Origin: a virus
Length of the DNA: 64,000 nucleotides
Direction: 5' to 3' (one strand)
IMG/VR virus record: IMGVR_UViG_3300050026_000481
Location: 1-64,000 of that record
The notes under the pieces were generated by a model. The model ran no database searches. It was not told the origin of the DNA and saw nothing but the letters and a program-made list of their open reading frames with translations. Each line of letters starts with the position of its first letter. The stretch's first letter is position 1. Shown here piece by piece: positions 38,199-47,105 of the stretch. Made by a program: the position numbers and the translations under genes.

Positions 38199-39058
38199 TG
38201 CCAAGCGACACCCTAGAAGCAGAAATAAAACGCCTGGAGGCCGCAGGCCGCCGTCGCCTCTCTAAGAAAGAAGCCACTAGATACAACCTCCACAAAAACG
38301 ACCTAAAGCGTTTTGCTCGTTATCTCGGCATAAAAAAGCTGGACGAATGGCAGGAGAAGGTTTTAGACAGCAAAAGCAGCCGGATAATCTTGAACTGCAG
38401 CCGCCAGGCCGGCAAGTCAACGGTCACCGCAGTCCTCGCCGTCCACCACGCTATTTTTAAACCTGATAGCATGGTAATCGTCATCTCTAGAATCGAAGCG
38501 CAAAGCCTTGAGGTGTTTAAGAGAATGTCAAACTATTATAAGGAAGTCTCATACGCGCCTCACGCCACAGAAGACACCTCCCATTCACTAAAACTTTCCA
38601 ATGGTTCCCGAATAATCGCCCTATCCGGCCAGCAACCTGACAGCCTGCGTGGATACGCGGGGGTATCCCTACTCATAATTGATGAAGCGAGCAGGGTTTT
38701 GGAAGAAACCTACAACGTCGTGAGGCCAACTTTGGCCGTCAGCTCTGGGCGGGTTATTTTGCTTTCGACTCCACATGGCCGCCGAGGATTCTTTTTCGAA
38801 AGTTGGATGGAAGCAACAGACCGATATAGGGATAACCTTGAAGGCTGGGAATCCGCCAGCGTAACGGCTGATGAGATACCGCGTATAAAACCCAGCTTCC
38901 TTGAGCAAGAAAGGAAGAAGTATCCGGAGTGGTTTTATCGCCAGGAGTACATGTGCGAGTTTCAAGATAATATATCAAATATTTTTAGGTCGGTCCATGA
39001 AGCCTTCGAGCACGTTGACGCCGACGGCAACGAGTGGCAGTTCGATATCGGGTTGTAG
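38198..39058 (+). CDS. terL: Terminase large subunit, ATPase (N-terminal) half
   Basis: WQEKVL Q-motif; SRQAGKST Walker A; LRG..LLIIDEA Walker B; LLSTP.G..GFF; YRQEYMCEF. Confidence 0.92.
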   Translation: MPSDTLEAEIKRLEAAGRRRLSKKEATRYNLHKNDLKRFARYLGIKKLDEWQEKVLDSKSSRIILNCSRQAGKSTVTAVLAVHHAIFKPDSMVIVISRIEAQSLEVFKRMSNYYKEVSYAPHATEDTSHSLKLSNGSRIIALSGQQPDSLRGYAGVSLLIIDEASRVLEETYNVVRPTLAVSSGRVILLSTPHGRRGFFFESWMEATDRYRDNLEGWESASVTADEIPRIKPSFLEQERKKYPEWFYRQEYMCEFQDNISNIFRSVHEAFEHVDADGNEWQFDIGL

Positions 39059-39227
39059 GGGGGTTTGAAAAAATGCGACACTACTGCGGAAGAAGTAATA
39101 TAGATATTGACGGTTTGTTACCAGCGTGTCGTTTTGCTTATTGCGATTGTTTTATCGGCAGTAAATACGAAGGACGTAAAATAGAATATTGCTATGAGTG
39201 CGATGAATTTAAAGAAGGAATTTAATC

Positions 39228-39370
39228 CGTGACAGGCTAGTGTGTTATTAATCACACTACCAAGTATGGCGAAAGGCGTTGAGTTGGTGGCGCGGGAACC
39301 CTGTCCAGGATAAGCCGATTGATAGTCGGTCGCAATATATTTCCAGCTCAACGCCCGTCAAATACTTATT
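39228..39370 (+). ncRNA. Candidate structured non-coding RNA / cis-element of unknown family
   Basis: 13-bp stem 39275-87/39343-55, hairpins 39238-59 and 39314-30, outer pairing 39262-70/39357-67, possible pseudoknot 39231-36/39300-05. Confidence 0.4.
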
Positions 39371-39391
39371 GGTTTATAGGGATATGAAAAA

Positions 39392-40549
39392 ATGGTGGTT
39401 TGTTCTAACTGTCATAAGGGTTTTGAAGAAGATGGATTTAAAACGTGTCCGGCCTGTCGTGCAAAGCGCCGCGAATATGACCGACGACCAGACCAAGTTG
39501 AGAAGCGACGCGAATATCTCAGCCGACCGGAGGTGCACGAACATAAGTGCGAATATTACCGTGAATATCAGCGCGAATATCGGAAGCGCCCCGGGGTTAA
39601 AGAACGGGAGCGACGAAACCGGCAGAAACCAGAAAACAAAGAACGCGTAGCTGCGTATGGCTATATATGGCGACAGAAACCAGAAAATAAAGAATTGCAG
39701 TTAGAAGGGACAAGAAAATATAGGGCATTACATCTTGAAGAATGTAGGAAACGTGACCGTGAATTGAAACGTGAGAAACGGAAACAACCAGAATTTCTCG
39801 AAAAACTGAGAGCTATACAGCGTAAATCTTATTGGAAAAATAAAGAACAGCGCAATAAACTTGGTCGTGAGATACGAATAACATTAGCTGGTAGATACAC
39901 AGAAGCGAAACACAGCGCAAAGCGCCGAGGTATACCATTCGAACTCACACAGGAACAACATAGCACAATCATAAGGCAACCGTGTTTTTGGTGCGGCGTT
40001 ACGCCAAATGGTTCCGATGAAACCTTAAACGGAGTTGACAGAATAAACCACGATAAGACGATAGGTTACGTATTAGATAACGTAATACCCGCGTGTACGG
40101 GGTGTAATAAAGGCAGAAACACCATGACAGTTGATGAGGTAGTAGGATACGTCGAACAAGTTTTCCAGTGGCAACACCTTAGAACGTTAACCGGCACACC
40201 ATTACAGCGTCGCAATGGAAAAGTAGAACTCAGTATGCGTGATTACTACGGAAAGTATAAGGGAAAAGCGAAGAAGCGCAATATTCCTTTTGAATTATCG
40301 TTTGAAGAGTTTTTTAAGACAGTAAAAAGACCATGTTATGTGTGTGGGTATCATCATTTCGAAGACAAAGGACATACTGCAAACGGCATAGACCGATTTA
40401 ATAACGCGGTTGGTTATACAGTTGATAACAGCCTTCCGGCATGCAAATGGTGTAACGTATGGAAAGGTGAGGGCACATATGCTGAACTACTCGACCGATT
40501 TACGCGGATACGCGCGGGGTTAAGGAAGAATGCCAATCAACCAAGATGA
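39392..40549 (+). CDS. His-Me finger endonuclease with two tandem nuclease domains
   Basis: AKRRGIPFELT..PCFWCG..NGVDRIN..GY..DNVIPACTGCNKGR and AKKRNIPFELS..PCYVCG..NGIDRFNN..GY..DNSLPACKWCN..K. Confidence 0.85.
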   Translation: MVVCSNCHKGFEEDGFKTCPACRAKRREYDRRPDQVEKRREYLSRPEVHEHKCEYYREYQREYRKRPGVKERERRNRQKPENKERVAAYGYIWRQKPENKELQLEGTRKYRALHLEECRKRDRELKREKRKQPEFLEKLRAIQRKSYWKNKEQRNKLGREIRITLAGRYTEAKHSAKRRGIPFELTQEQHSTIIRQPCFWCGVTPNGSDETLNGVDRINHDKTIGYVLDNVIPACTGCNKGRNTMTVDEVVGYVEQVFQWQHLRTLTGTPLQRRNGKVELSMRDYYGKYKGKAKKRNIPFELSFEEFFKTVKRPCYVCGYHHFEDKGHTANGIDRFNNAVGYTVDNSLPACKWCNVWKGEGTYAELLDRFTRIRAGLRKNANQPR

Positions 40550-41279
40550 TTTCGGAAGAAGCAGACGGCCATATGTTCAAGGGTTAGAACGCGTCCTCAC
40601 CGACGAAGACATCTTTAAAATCCACGGCATCCAAAACGTCCAAAACAAACCGGCTGAAGAAGAAAAGAAACTCACGCCAATCGAAGCCAAGAATATAATA
40701 GTCGGCATCGACCTCGGTAAGGAAGTAGACCGCACGGTAATCGTTGTCATCCAGCCCACCGGCGAGTACGAAAAACCTATCTACCAAATCCACCGCATCA
40801 TTCCCGTCGCCCTTGGCACATCCTACCCGGATATAATCCGTGGACTAGTCGAACTAGACAAACATTTGAGAGAACTAAATGCCAAGGAAATCAGTTATGT
40901 GATAGACGCAGGCGGCGCGGCAGGGGTGGTTGACGCGCTGGAGGAAGAGCTGCCGATGGCTGACGTCTACCGCGTCCACTTGACTGCTGGCCTCAACGTA
41001 AACATGACCGGCATGAAAATTAGTTTACCGAAAAGAGAAATGGTAACCACTCTTGCTCGCGTCCTCGATGAGCATAGGATTGACGTGGTAAGCACCCGAG
41101 ATGAAGGCGTCGTGCTACTTGAGTCAGAACTTAACAATTATCAAATGAAAATAATGGATAGTGGCTACGACAAATACGAAGCCGGCACGGGTCACCATGA
41201 TGATGCAGTCTGCGCTCTTGCCGAGGGCCTCTGGTTTTCCGAACATGAGGCGGCAATGGGGCAGGCGAGGCTATTCTGA
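40530..41279 (+). CDS. terL: Terminase large subunit, RNase H-like nuclease (C-terminal) half
   Basis: IIVGIDLG..VDRTVIVV; SYPDI; YVIDAGG; K..MVTTL; L.SEL.NY; HHDDAVCALA. Confidence 0.85.
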   Translation: MPINQDDFGRSRRPYVQGLERVLTDEDIFKIHGIQNVQNKPAEEEKKLTPIEAKNIIVGIDLGKEVDRTVIVVIQPTGEYEKPIYQIHRIIPVALGTSYPDIIRGLVELDKHLRELNAKEISYVIDAGGAAGVVDALEEELPMADVYRVHLTAGLNVNMTGMKISLPKREMVTTLARVLDEHRIDVVSTRDEGVVLLESELNNYQMKIMDSGYDKYEAGTGHHDDAVCALAEGLWFSEHEAAMGQARLF

Positions 41280-41476
41280 TGACCCAAGACGAAATGTACA
41301 CGGCCCTCCTGACGGCAGACGGCTGGTGGTCGCCGGCGGAACTCGCGGCGGTGGTAGGATGCTCAAGGAAAGTAGCAATGGTCGGATTAAGACGCCTATA
41401 CAAAAAAAGAGTTGTCACGCGCGCGCGTACGCTCGCGGCCGGCTGGGGGTACCGTTTGTCTGAGGATTCACAATGA
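41279..41476 (+). CDS. Winged-HTH protein
   Basis: MTQDEMY..L...WSPAELAAVVGCSRKVAMVGLRRL. Confidence 0.55.
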   Translation: MTQDEMYTALLTADGWWSPAELAAVVGCSRKVAMVGLRRLYKKRVVTRARTLAAGWGYRLSEDSQ

Positions 41477-41691
41477 CAAAAGCTAAACCATCTAGGAAAC
41501 GCTTAGCGCTACACAAAATAAAATGCCCGACCTGCCTGATGGAATTCACCGTCGCGAATCCAGATAGTTGGGTCTGCCCCTCGTGTTATTCTAGGAAGGT
41601 AGCCGGCCTCCCCAACAAACCGGCAGAGTACGTGGAGAAAGAAAAGAAGCCAAAGGCATCAAAACACAAAGCACATAAAGGAGTAAACTAA
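41473..41691 (+). CDS. Zn-ribbon protein
   Basis: CPTC...CPSC. Confidence 0.5.
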   Translation: MTKAKPSRKRLALHKIKCPTCLMEFTVANPDSWVCPSCYSRKVAGLPNKPAEYVEKEKKPKASKHKAHKGVN

Positions 41692-41833
41692 TGATAGCAC
41701 GGGAATGTCCGCTAAATAAAACCATAGTACACTTCGCCGACGTCGCCGGTGTGTATCCCAAAGGTTGTTTAAATTGCGAGTTCTTAAGAAGCGGCCGGCA
41801 GGGCTGCTGGTGCGGGCATGTGGGAGTACCGAA

Positions 41834-42037
41834 ATGAAAGTAGATATCAGTTGTCCGTCGTGCGCATCCGGACTAAACCTCTTCAACGGAACCGTACTCC
41901 CTAACCGATGCCTTGAAATCAGAGCACACTGTCTCTGTCCTATTTGCGCTAGTAAGTTTGCGGTTACCATCCGAATCGAACGGGAGTTGACCACTGTTAA
42001 TTACTCAGAAGAAGAAGGTGATGAACCATTGGCTTAG
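41834..42037 (+). CDS. Zn-ribbon protein
   Basis: CPSC...CPIC. Confidence 0.5.
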   Translation: MKVDISCPSCASGLNLFNGTVLPNRCLEIRAHCLCPICASKFAVTIRIERELTTVNYSEEEGDEPLA

Positions 42038-42266
42038 TCCAACCAGTAGTCCGTTCTATATGGTGCCCATCCATTGCCGCATACGCGCCAATCGAGGATT
42101 GTCGAGGCTGCGCATCAAACGAAGGGTTTGCTTTCGCCAGGGATACCCATCAATTCGGAATAATCTGCGCGAAATCTATGAAGGGGTTCATTCCTGAGCC
42201 TATAAAAGCTCCGCAATCCAAACCGAAACTACAGGACGACTCGTGGCAATAACCCGAAGGTGAACA

Positions 42267-42503
42267 ATGGACAATGCACTGCGCTGTCCCATGTGTAAAA
42301 AACCGGTGATTCCAAACAGGCACACTATTATAGATACTGATGAAGATGATAAACCGTACATTCTCTGTCCTTGGAGTAATTGCCAGACCAAACTGTTTTT
42401 ACCGGTTGACCAATCTAACGGCGCCTCGAACCCGGGGCTGCATGAGCAGAACCGCCATAGTCTTCGCGACCCCGTTACTGGCAGATTCGTGAGTGAAAAA
42501 TGA
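42267..42503 (+). CDS. Zn-ribbon protein
   Basis: CPMC...CPWSNC; C-terminal RDPVTGRFV; AGGTGA RBS. Confidence 0.5.
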   Translation: MDNALRCPMCKKPVIPNRHTIIDTDEDDKPYILCPWSNCQTKLFLPVDQSNGASNPGLHEQNRHSLRDPVTGRFVSEK

Positions 42504-42715
42504 CTGAAAAATGGTACGAAGAATCGGAAAAGTTCAGGGCATTTCTCGAACGCAAGGGGATTCTCAATAAGGATGAACGTATCGAGTGCGAACACTGCGG
42601 CCGCCAAAATTATAATTTAAAGGTAACCATTCCCTGTAATATCTGTGGTAAACCGTTCCAGCAATGGGCTGACAAACTGTATACATATTTTTGCGAGGCG
42701 TGTTCGAAGAGATGA
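42500..42715 (+). CDS. Cys-rich Zn-finger protein
   Basis: CEHCG, CNICG, CEAC. Confidence 0.5.
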   Translation: MTEKWYEESEKFRAFLERKGILNKDERIECEHCGRQNYNLKVTIPCNICGKPFQQWADKLYTYFCEACSKR

Positions 42716-42880
42716 GTAAGTATCCAATCCTTTTGAAAGAAAACTGCATGACGATGATGAAATGCCCTAAGTATCACGACCACAACCACTATGTATTTTT
42801 CTGTCTATCCGATTGCGAGGATTTCAAAGGCATCCACGACGGCTGCGTGATTTGCTCATACGGACCTAAAGGGAAGTAAA

Positions 42881-43177
42881 ATGATAAGTAAAGACGAAGA
42901 ACTCCTACACTTACGACACCAGCACGACGCCGACCTCCAAGTAATCAAATGGCTGCAGGACAAGGTAAAAGGATTAGCTCAAGAAAACGCCGTACTCAAG
43001 AAGCAGTGGCCGCCAACGGAAACAAGCGTATACCACGACCTCAGCGATTTGGGTTTTACTCCTGTTGATTCCCCAGAAACCGGTGAGAAGTTTGAGGGGG
43101 AAAGTGAGTTTGTGATTCCAGTTGTAGATACTGGAAAGAAGCCGCGTAAGAAGAGGCGCGAGGCGCCCGAGAGGTAA
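42881..43177 (+). CDS. Hypothetical coiled-coil protein
   Basis: ORF track, coupled to neighbours. Confidence 0.45.
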   Translation: MISKDEELLHLRHQHDADLQVIKWLQDKVKGLAQENAVLKKQWPPTETSVYHDLSDLGFTPVDSPETGEKFEGESEFVIPVVDTGKKPRKKRREAPER

Positions 43178-43180
43178 CAA

Positions 43181-43726
43181 ATGGAAGAAGTAATAGACGA
43201 CGAAAATATTAATAAGGCCTGTAGGGTTTGTGGTGTCCAACTTACATCAGAAAATAGTTACCCATCTCACCGGGCGAGTGCAAATTGGATATGCAAGTCA
43301 TGCAATTCAAAAAAGAACCATCGTTATTGGCTAGAAAATCCAGAATATAGAACGTTTAGTTTTGAAGCTACAAGGAAATGGAGAATCGACAACCCGATTC
43401 GCCAGTGGGCTACTGCATCTTTATTAAATCATAAATTATTAGGTCATAAAATAGAAATTTCTGCGGATGAGTTAGAAATATTAGCTAGAACAACGTTGAA
43501 TTGCCCGATTTGTGGAATACTAATTGAATGGACAACCGGAAATGGCCGTAATTGGAACGGTCCGTCGTTAGATAGGCGGGACAATTCTGAAGTTCTTGAA
43601 AAAAATAACGTGTGGCTTATTTGTATGAAATGCAATACGACAAAATCATCTAGAACTATGGGGGAGTTTGTTGAATATTGTGAAAAGGTTGTAAGTAATA
43701 AAGAGAGGCTCTTAAATGACCAATGA
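43181..43726 (+). CDS. His-Me finger (HNH/EndoVII-like) endonuclease
   Basis: CPICG..PSLDRRDNS...NNVWLICMKCNTTKS..TMGEF. Confidence 0.8.
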   Translation: MEEVIDDENINKACRVCGVQLTSENSYPSHRASANWICKSCNSKKNHRYWLENPEYRTFSFEATRKWRIDNPIRQWATASLLNHKLLGHKIEISADELEILARTTLNCPICGILIEWTTGNGRNWNGPSLDRRDNSEVLEKNNVWLICMKCNTTKSSRTMGEFVEYCEKVVSNKERLLNDQ

Positions 43727-44398
43727 AGACCAAGCAGCTCGGAACTTGCTCGTGCAGAACGTCCTCGTGTTAATTGGAATCGCGACTGCGGCAGAGATGA
43801 GTCGAGAAGGTCGAATGGTGCTACTAGACGGTTTGAAACAAATTATGGGGTATTTATTAGCGCCGAACCCAGCAGAAGTAGAAGTAACCCCACTCTACGG
43901 ATAAAGATGCCCGACACAACCGACGACGTCGAGGAAGCGCAACGCATCGAGCAGGCGGCCATCGGCGGCTGGCTGCACGCACAGGTGGCGTGGCAGGAGG
44001 CCCAGGATGAAGCTATTGCCGCAATCGCCGACCAACTAGAACAATTGGCGGCTGAGGTAACTAGATTAAAACTCATGTTGTCGGCAGTAGGCATAGAAGA
44101 CGGCTGGGGGAACCAATGATAGAATGCCCACTCCGCAATGTGCCTTACGGTGCCTGCTTCGACTGCCGCTACACCGAGCAAGTTGGCTGGTGCGATTATC
44201 CGACCCCCGTTGACGACCTTATACGTGAAGTCAAGCGTCGCCCCCGCGCGGTTCCACTCTGGATGGGTGCACTCAAAAAATGGTCAACCGAAGTCCACTT
44301 AGACGGCCGCCGCTGGTGCGACCTAAACGGCAACGAGGTTTTTATAATACAACCATCCCTGCAAGGGGCGGCTAATAAGAAGAAGAAGGAGAAAGCGA

Positions 44399-44626
44399 AT
44401 GACTGAACAGAAAGAAGATAATAAGACGTGTACAGACTGTGGACACTTCATCCTTGCGCAGGAATCGGTTACCGTTGATGTAACAGGAACGGATTTAGTC
44501 GCACGAGCGAAGTATATCTGCGAGAAAGGATTGGAACTTAATTTCATAGGGTGGTGCGACAGCTTTTATAGTGCCGTTATAGAAGATACCATCACGTGGA
44601 AACGCGGCTGGGTTGACGAGGACTAA
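44399..44626 (+). CDS. Small 4-Cys protein (CxxC...C...GWC)
   Basis: CTDCGHF...YIC...IGWCDSF. Confidence 0.5.
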   Translation: MTEQKEDNKTCTDCGHFILAQESVTVDVTGTDLVARAKYICEKGLELNFIGWCDSFYSAVIEDTITWKRGWVDED

Positions 44627-44806
44627 GCGATGAGATGCACCGGTTGTAGATTCAAGAGTAATTCAATGTTCAGCGCCGGCAACTATGTATGGTGCGCCTA
44701 CGACCACGCAACCCACCCGCGCGAACACGGCTGCACGCACGGGGAAAAACGCACGCGGCAGCGGCAGAAGGTAGTGGATAATCCGATTATGTTTACGGAG
44801 TAAAAT

Positions 44807-45052
44807 ATGGAAGACGCTATAAGCGAATTTATAGACCCAGAAGATATAAGAAACTGGCACCAGAAGCCAAAGCATGAACGCGCAAGACTGTGGGCACGCG
44901 CCAAGAAGCGATGCAAGGCCATCCCGCGGGAGTATCGACCTAAGTACTTCAGAGGCCGCTCGCTTAAGAAGGATATTCAGAGTACGATTCTTATAGTAAT
45001 CATCTGGGTTATCTTGGCTTCACTTGCATTGTCGGCGGGGTTTTTACATTAG
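44807..45052 (+). CDS. Small membrane protein
   Basis: Basic segment then C-terminal TM helix. Confidence 0.5.
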   Translation: MEDAISEFIDPEDIRNWHQKPKHERARLWARAKKRCKAIPREYRPKYFRGRSLKKDIQSTILIVIIWVILASLALSAGFLH

Positions 45053-45061
45053 GGTACCTAG

Positions 45062-45544
45062 ATGGGTAACTTCGAAAAGATTAACCAACTTTTTAATGAT
45101 TATTTCGGTATAAGTTTAGAGGACAACATGAAAAAGAAAAAGGATGAAGTAGAGATGCACGTAGCATCGCCAAGCGTTGAAGCATGGGGTACAGTTACTA
45201 ACCCCGCGGTCAGTACTGGCAGCTCCGAGCGCGAAGAGCGCATACAGACCTGCGAACGCGCAATATGCGGCGTGCTTGACCGGCTTGATGTAATAGAAGC
45301 GCATTCTGAGCAGAAAGAACACGACCAGATATTCAGGCGGCTCGCGTCAGTTGAAGACCATATCCGCAGTATAGATGTTACTCTTTACGAGTTAAAACAC
45401 AAAGAACCCGCACCAATATTCGAAGAACTCGAAGAACGCGGACTCGCCGAACGCTGCGAGGGTGTACTTGTATTAACCATGAAAGGCAGGCAGGTTGCAA
45501 GCCTTTTCGATAACGGCGAGATTGAGGATATTAGAGGTGATTAA
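45062..45544 (+). CDS. Hypothetical protein, possible C-terminal wHTH
   Basis: ELEERGLAE...LVLTMKGRQV. Confidence 0.45.
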   Translation: MGNFEKINQLFNDYFGISLEDNMKKKKDEVEMHVASPSVEAWGTVTNPAVSTGSSEREERIQTCERAICGVLDRLDVIEAHSEQKEHDQIFRRLASVEDHIRSIDVTLYELKHKEPAPIFEELEERGLAERCEGVLVLTMKGRQVASLFDNGEIEDIRGD

Positions 45545-46843
45545 ATGACTGAAAAAATGTTTCATGAAATAAACGGACGAAAGTACTATATGGGTTGTAA
45601 GCGCGACCCACCGCATAAGGACGCGCCGCTTTTACTAACCCGCGAACAAGAGTTAACCTTGCCAGCGAGTTATATAATCAAAGACCTAACGCCCGTGGGC
45701 GACCAGGGGAACGAAGGGAGCTGCACCGGAAACGCTGGCGACAACGTGTTTAAAATCCGTGACGCCATGGTAAACGGAACGTTTGTTAACGGCGCACGAC
45801 AGCAGATTTATCAATGTGCTCTTGCAAAAGATGGCAACCCCTTCCAGGATGTGGGCTCTAGTCTTAGCACGATAGCGTGGGTCCTCCAAAACAAAGGCGT
45901 CGCACCTGAGTCAGAGTTTCCATACACCGGAGGAATGAAGGGCGCTGTCCCTGCATCTGTCTTAGCAGACGCCGCGAAACACGAGGCCACAAAAGAACTA
46001 CGCCTCGACGCGAATGACGGAAGTACAACTATAGCAAATATAAAAGCAGCGATATCGCCGAACTCGGTTATTCAAAGTAGTTATCCGGTAATGTACGGGT
46101 ACACTGTATTCGAATCGTTCTTTAACACGGGTGGCGATGGCAACATGCCCGCGCCTTCTGGCGGGGTAGCAGGCGGACATGCGAATGTTTTCATTGGTTA
46201 CGATGACAACCACACTGGAAACTACGACGGAAGTAAGGGCGCGTTCCTCAGTAAAAACAGTTGGGGAACCGGCTTCGGCGCGAGCGGGTATTGGTGGATG
46301 CCGTATAATTACTTCCTTGACACAAACGACGGCGTAGGGGATTGCTGGGCAGTAATAAATACCTCGGATTTCAACCCGACGCCAGGGCCAACACCAACAC
46401 CCCCAAACCCGACGGGTGTCACCTTTGTCAGCTCGCCCGCCGCCTGCTCTTGGGACACCAATCGCCTTGACCTCTTCGTAGTCGGCTCAGATAACGCCCT
46501 CTGGCACCGCGACAGGGTAGACACTGATTGGTCGGATTGGAGTTCCCTCGCAGGTACGTGTACAAGTGCACCAGCAGCGGTAGCACGAACCGGGCAAATT
46601 ATCGACATCGTTGTCCGCGGCTCTGACTCAGCGCTGTGGCACCTACAGTGGACAGGCACCGCATGGGCAAAGTGGACGTCTCTCGGCGGCGTGGTGCTGA
46701 AGGGCACAGGGCCTACTATTATATCCAAAGACGTAAACAGTCTCGATGTGTTCGTAATCGGCACTGATGATGCCCTCTACCAAAAGACACTTACAGGAAC
46801 AACGTGGTCCGGGTGGGTGCAGGTTTCGGCTAAGATTAAGTAG
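45545..46843 (+). CDS. Papain-family (C1A) cysteine peptidase with C-terminal PLL/DUF346-like propeller repeats
   Basis: DQGNEGSCTGNA (catalytic Cys), GGHANVFIGYDD (His), KNSWG..FG..GY.WMPY (Asn); Pro linker; LDLFVVGSDNALWH repeats. Confidence 0.9.
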   Translation: MTEKMFHEINGRKYYMGCKRDPPHKDAPLLLTREQELTLPASYIIKDLTPVGDQGNEGSCTGNAGDNVFKIRDAMVNGTFVNGARQQIYQCALAKDGNPFQDVGSSLSTIAWVLQNKGVAPESEFPYTGGMKGAVPASVLADAAKHEATKELRLDANDGSTTIANIKAAISPNSVIQSSYPVMYGYTVFESFFNTGGDGNMPAPSGGVAGGHANVFIGYDDNHTGNYDGSKGAFLSKNSWGTGFGASGYWWMPYNYFLDTNDGVGDCWAVINTSDFNPTPGPTPTPPNPTGVTFVSSPAACSWDTNRLDLFVVGSDNALWHRDRVDTDWSDWSSLAGTCTSAPAAVARTGQIIDIVVRGSDSALWHLQWTGTAWAKWTSLGGVVLKGTGPTIISKDVNSLDVFVIGTDDALYQKTLTGTTWSGWVQVSAKIK

Positions 46844-46850
46844 GTCAAAA

Positions 46851-47105
46851 ATGGTTGATAAATGGGACGGTATAGACCCTAAAAGCGGAAACGAGATACC
46901 AATAAAGCCAGTGAACGGTGAAGCGGGCCCTACGATAGTGGGGCCACCCCACACCGTCGTGAAGTTTAAGGCGTTCTCCGACGACCCCGCACCATTGCAG
47001 CCGACCACAGGGGATAGAAACTGGGGGCTGTTTGTATTGGTACTAGCGCTAGCAACCGCGTGGTTCATCGGGATGCTGATGCAGGCGCAGTTTCACATTG
47101 TATGA
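46851..47105 (+). CDS. Small membrane protein
   Basis: C-terminal TM WGLFVLVLALATAWFIGML directly after the peptidase. Confidence 0.5.
   Translation: MVDKWDGIDPKSGNEIPIKPVNGEAGPTIVGPPHTVVKFKAFSDDPAPLQPTTGDRNWGLFVLVLALATAWFIGMLMQAQFHIV

Noticed and set aside
39056-39110. Pyrrolysine/amber readthrough joining the terminase halves
   Set aside because: Another in-frame TAG follows within about 15 codons and the halves are 1.5 kb apart.
39275-39360. tRNA gene suggested by the GGCGTTG/CAACGCC stem
   Set aside because: No T-loop (TTCRA), D arm or anticodon-arm geometry; the stem continues to 13 bp.
39279-39650. 123-aa alternative-frame ORF overlapping the endonuclease
   Set aside because: Its NISAN repeats mirror the REY repeats of the real frame; it has a TTG start inside the RNA stem and no RBS.
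39058-40530. Classical group I/II or bulge-helix-bulge intron in terL
   Set aside because: No recognisable P7 (R/S) elements, domain V or BHB junction pairing by eye, and the downstream half has its own start. Not excluded without RT-PCR.
33620-46820. Diversity-generating retroelement TR/VR pair in the shared propeller segments
   Set aside because: Differences are mostly synonymous and not adenine-specific, and no reverse transcriptase is present.
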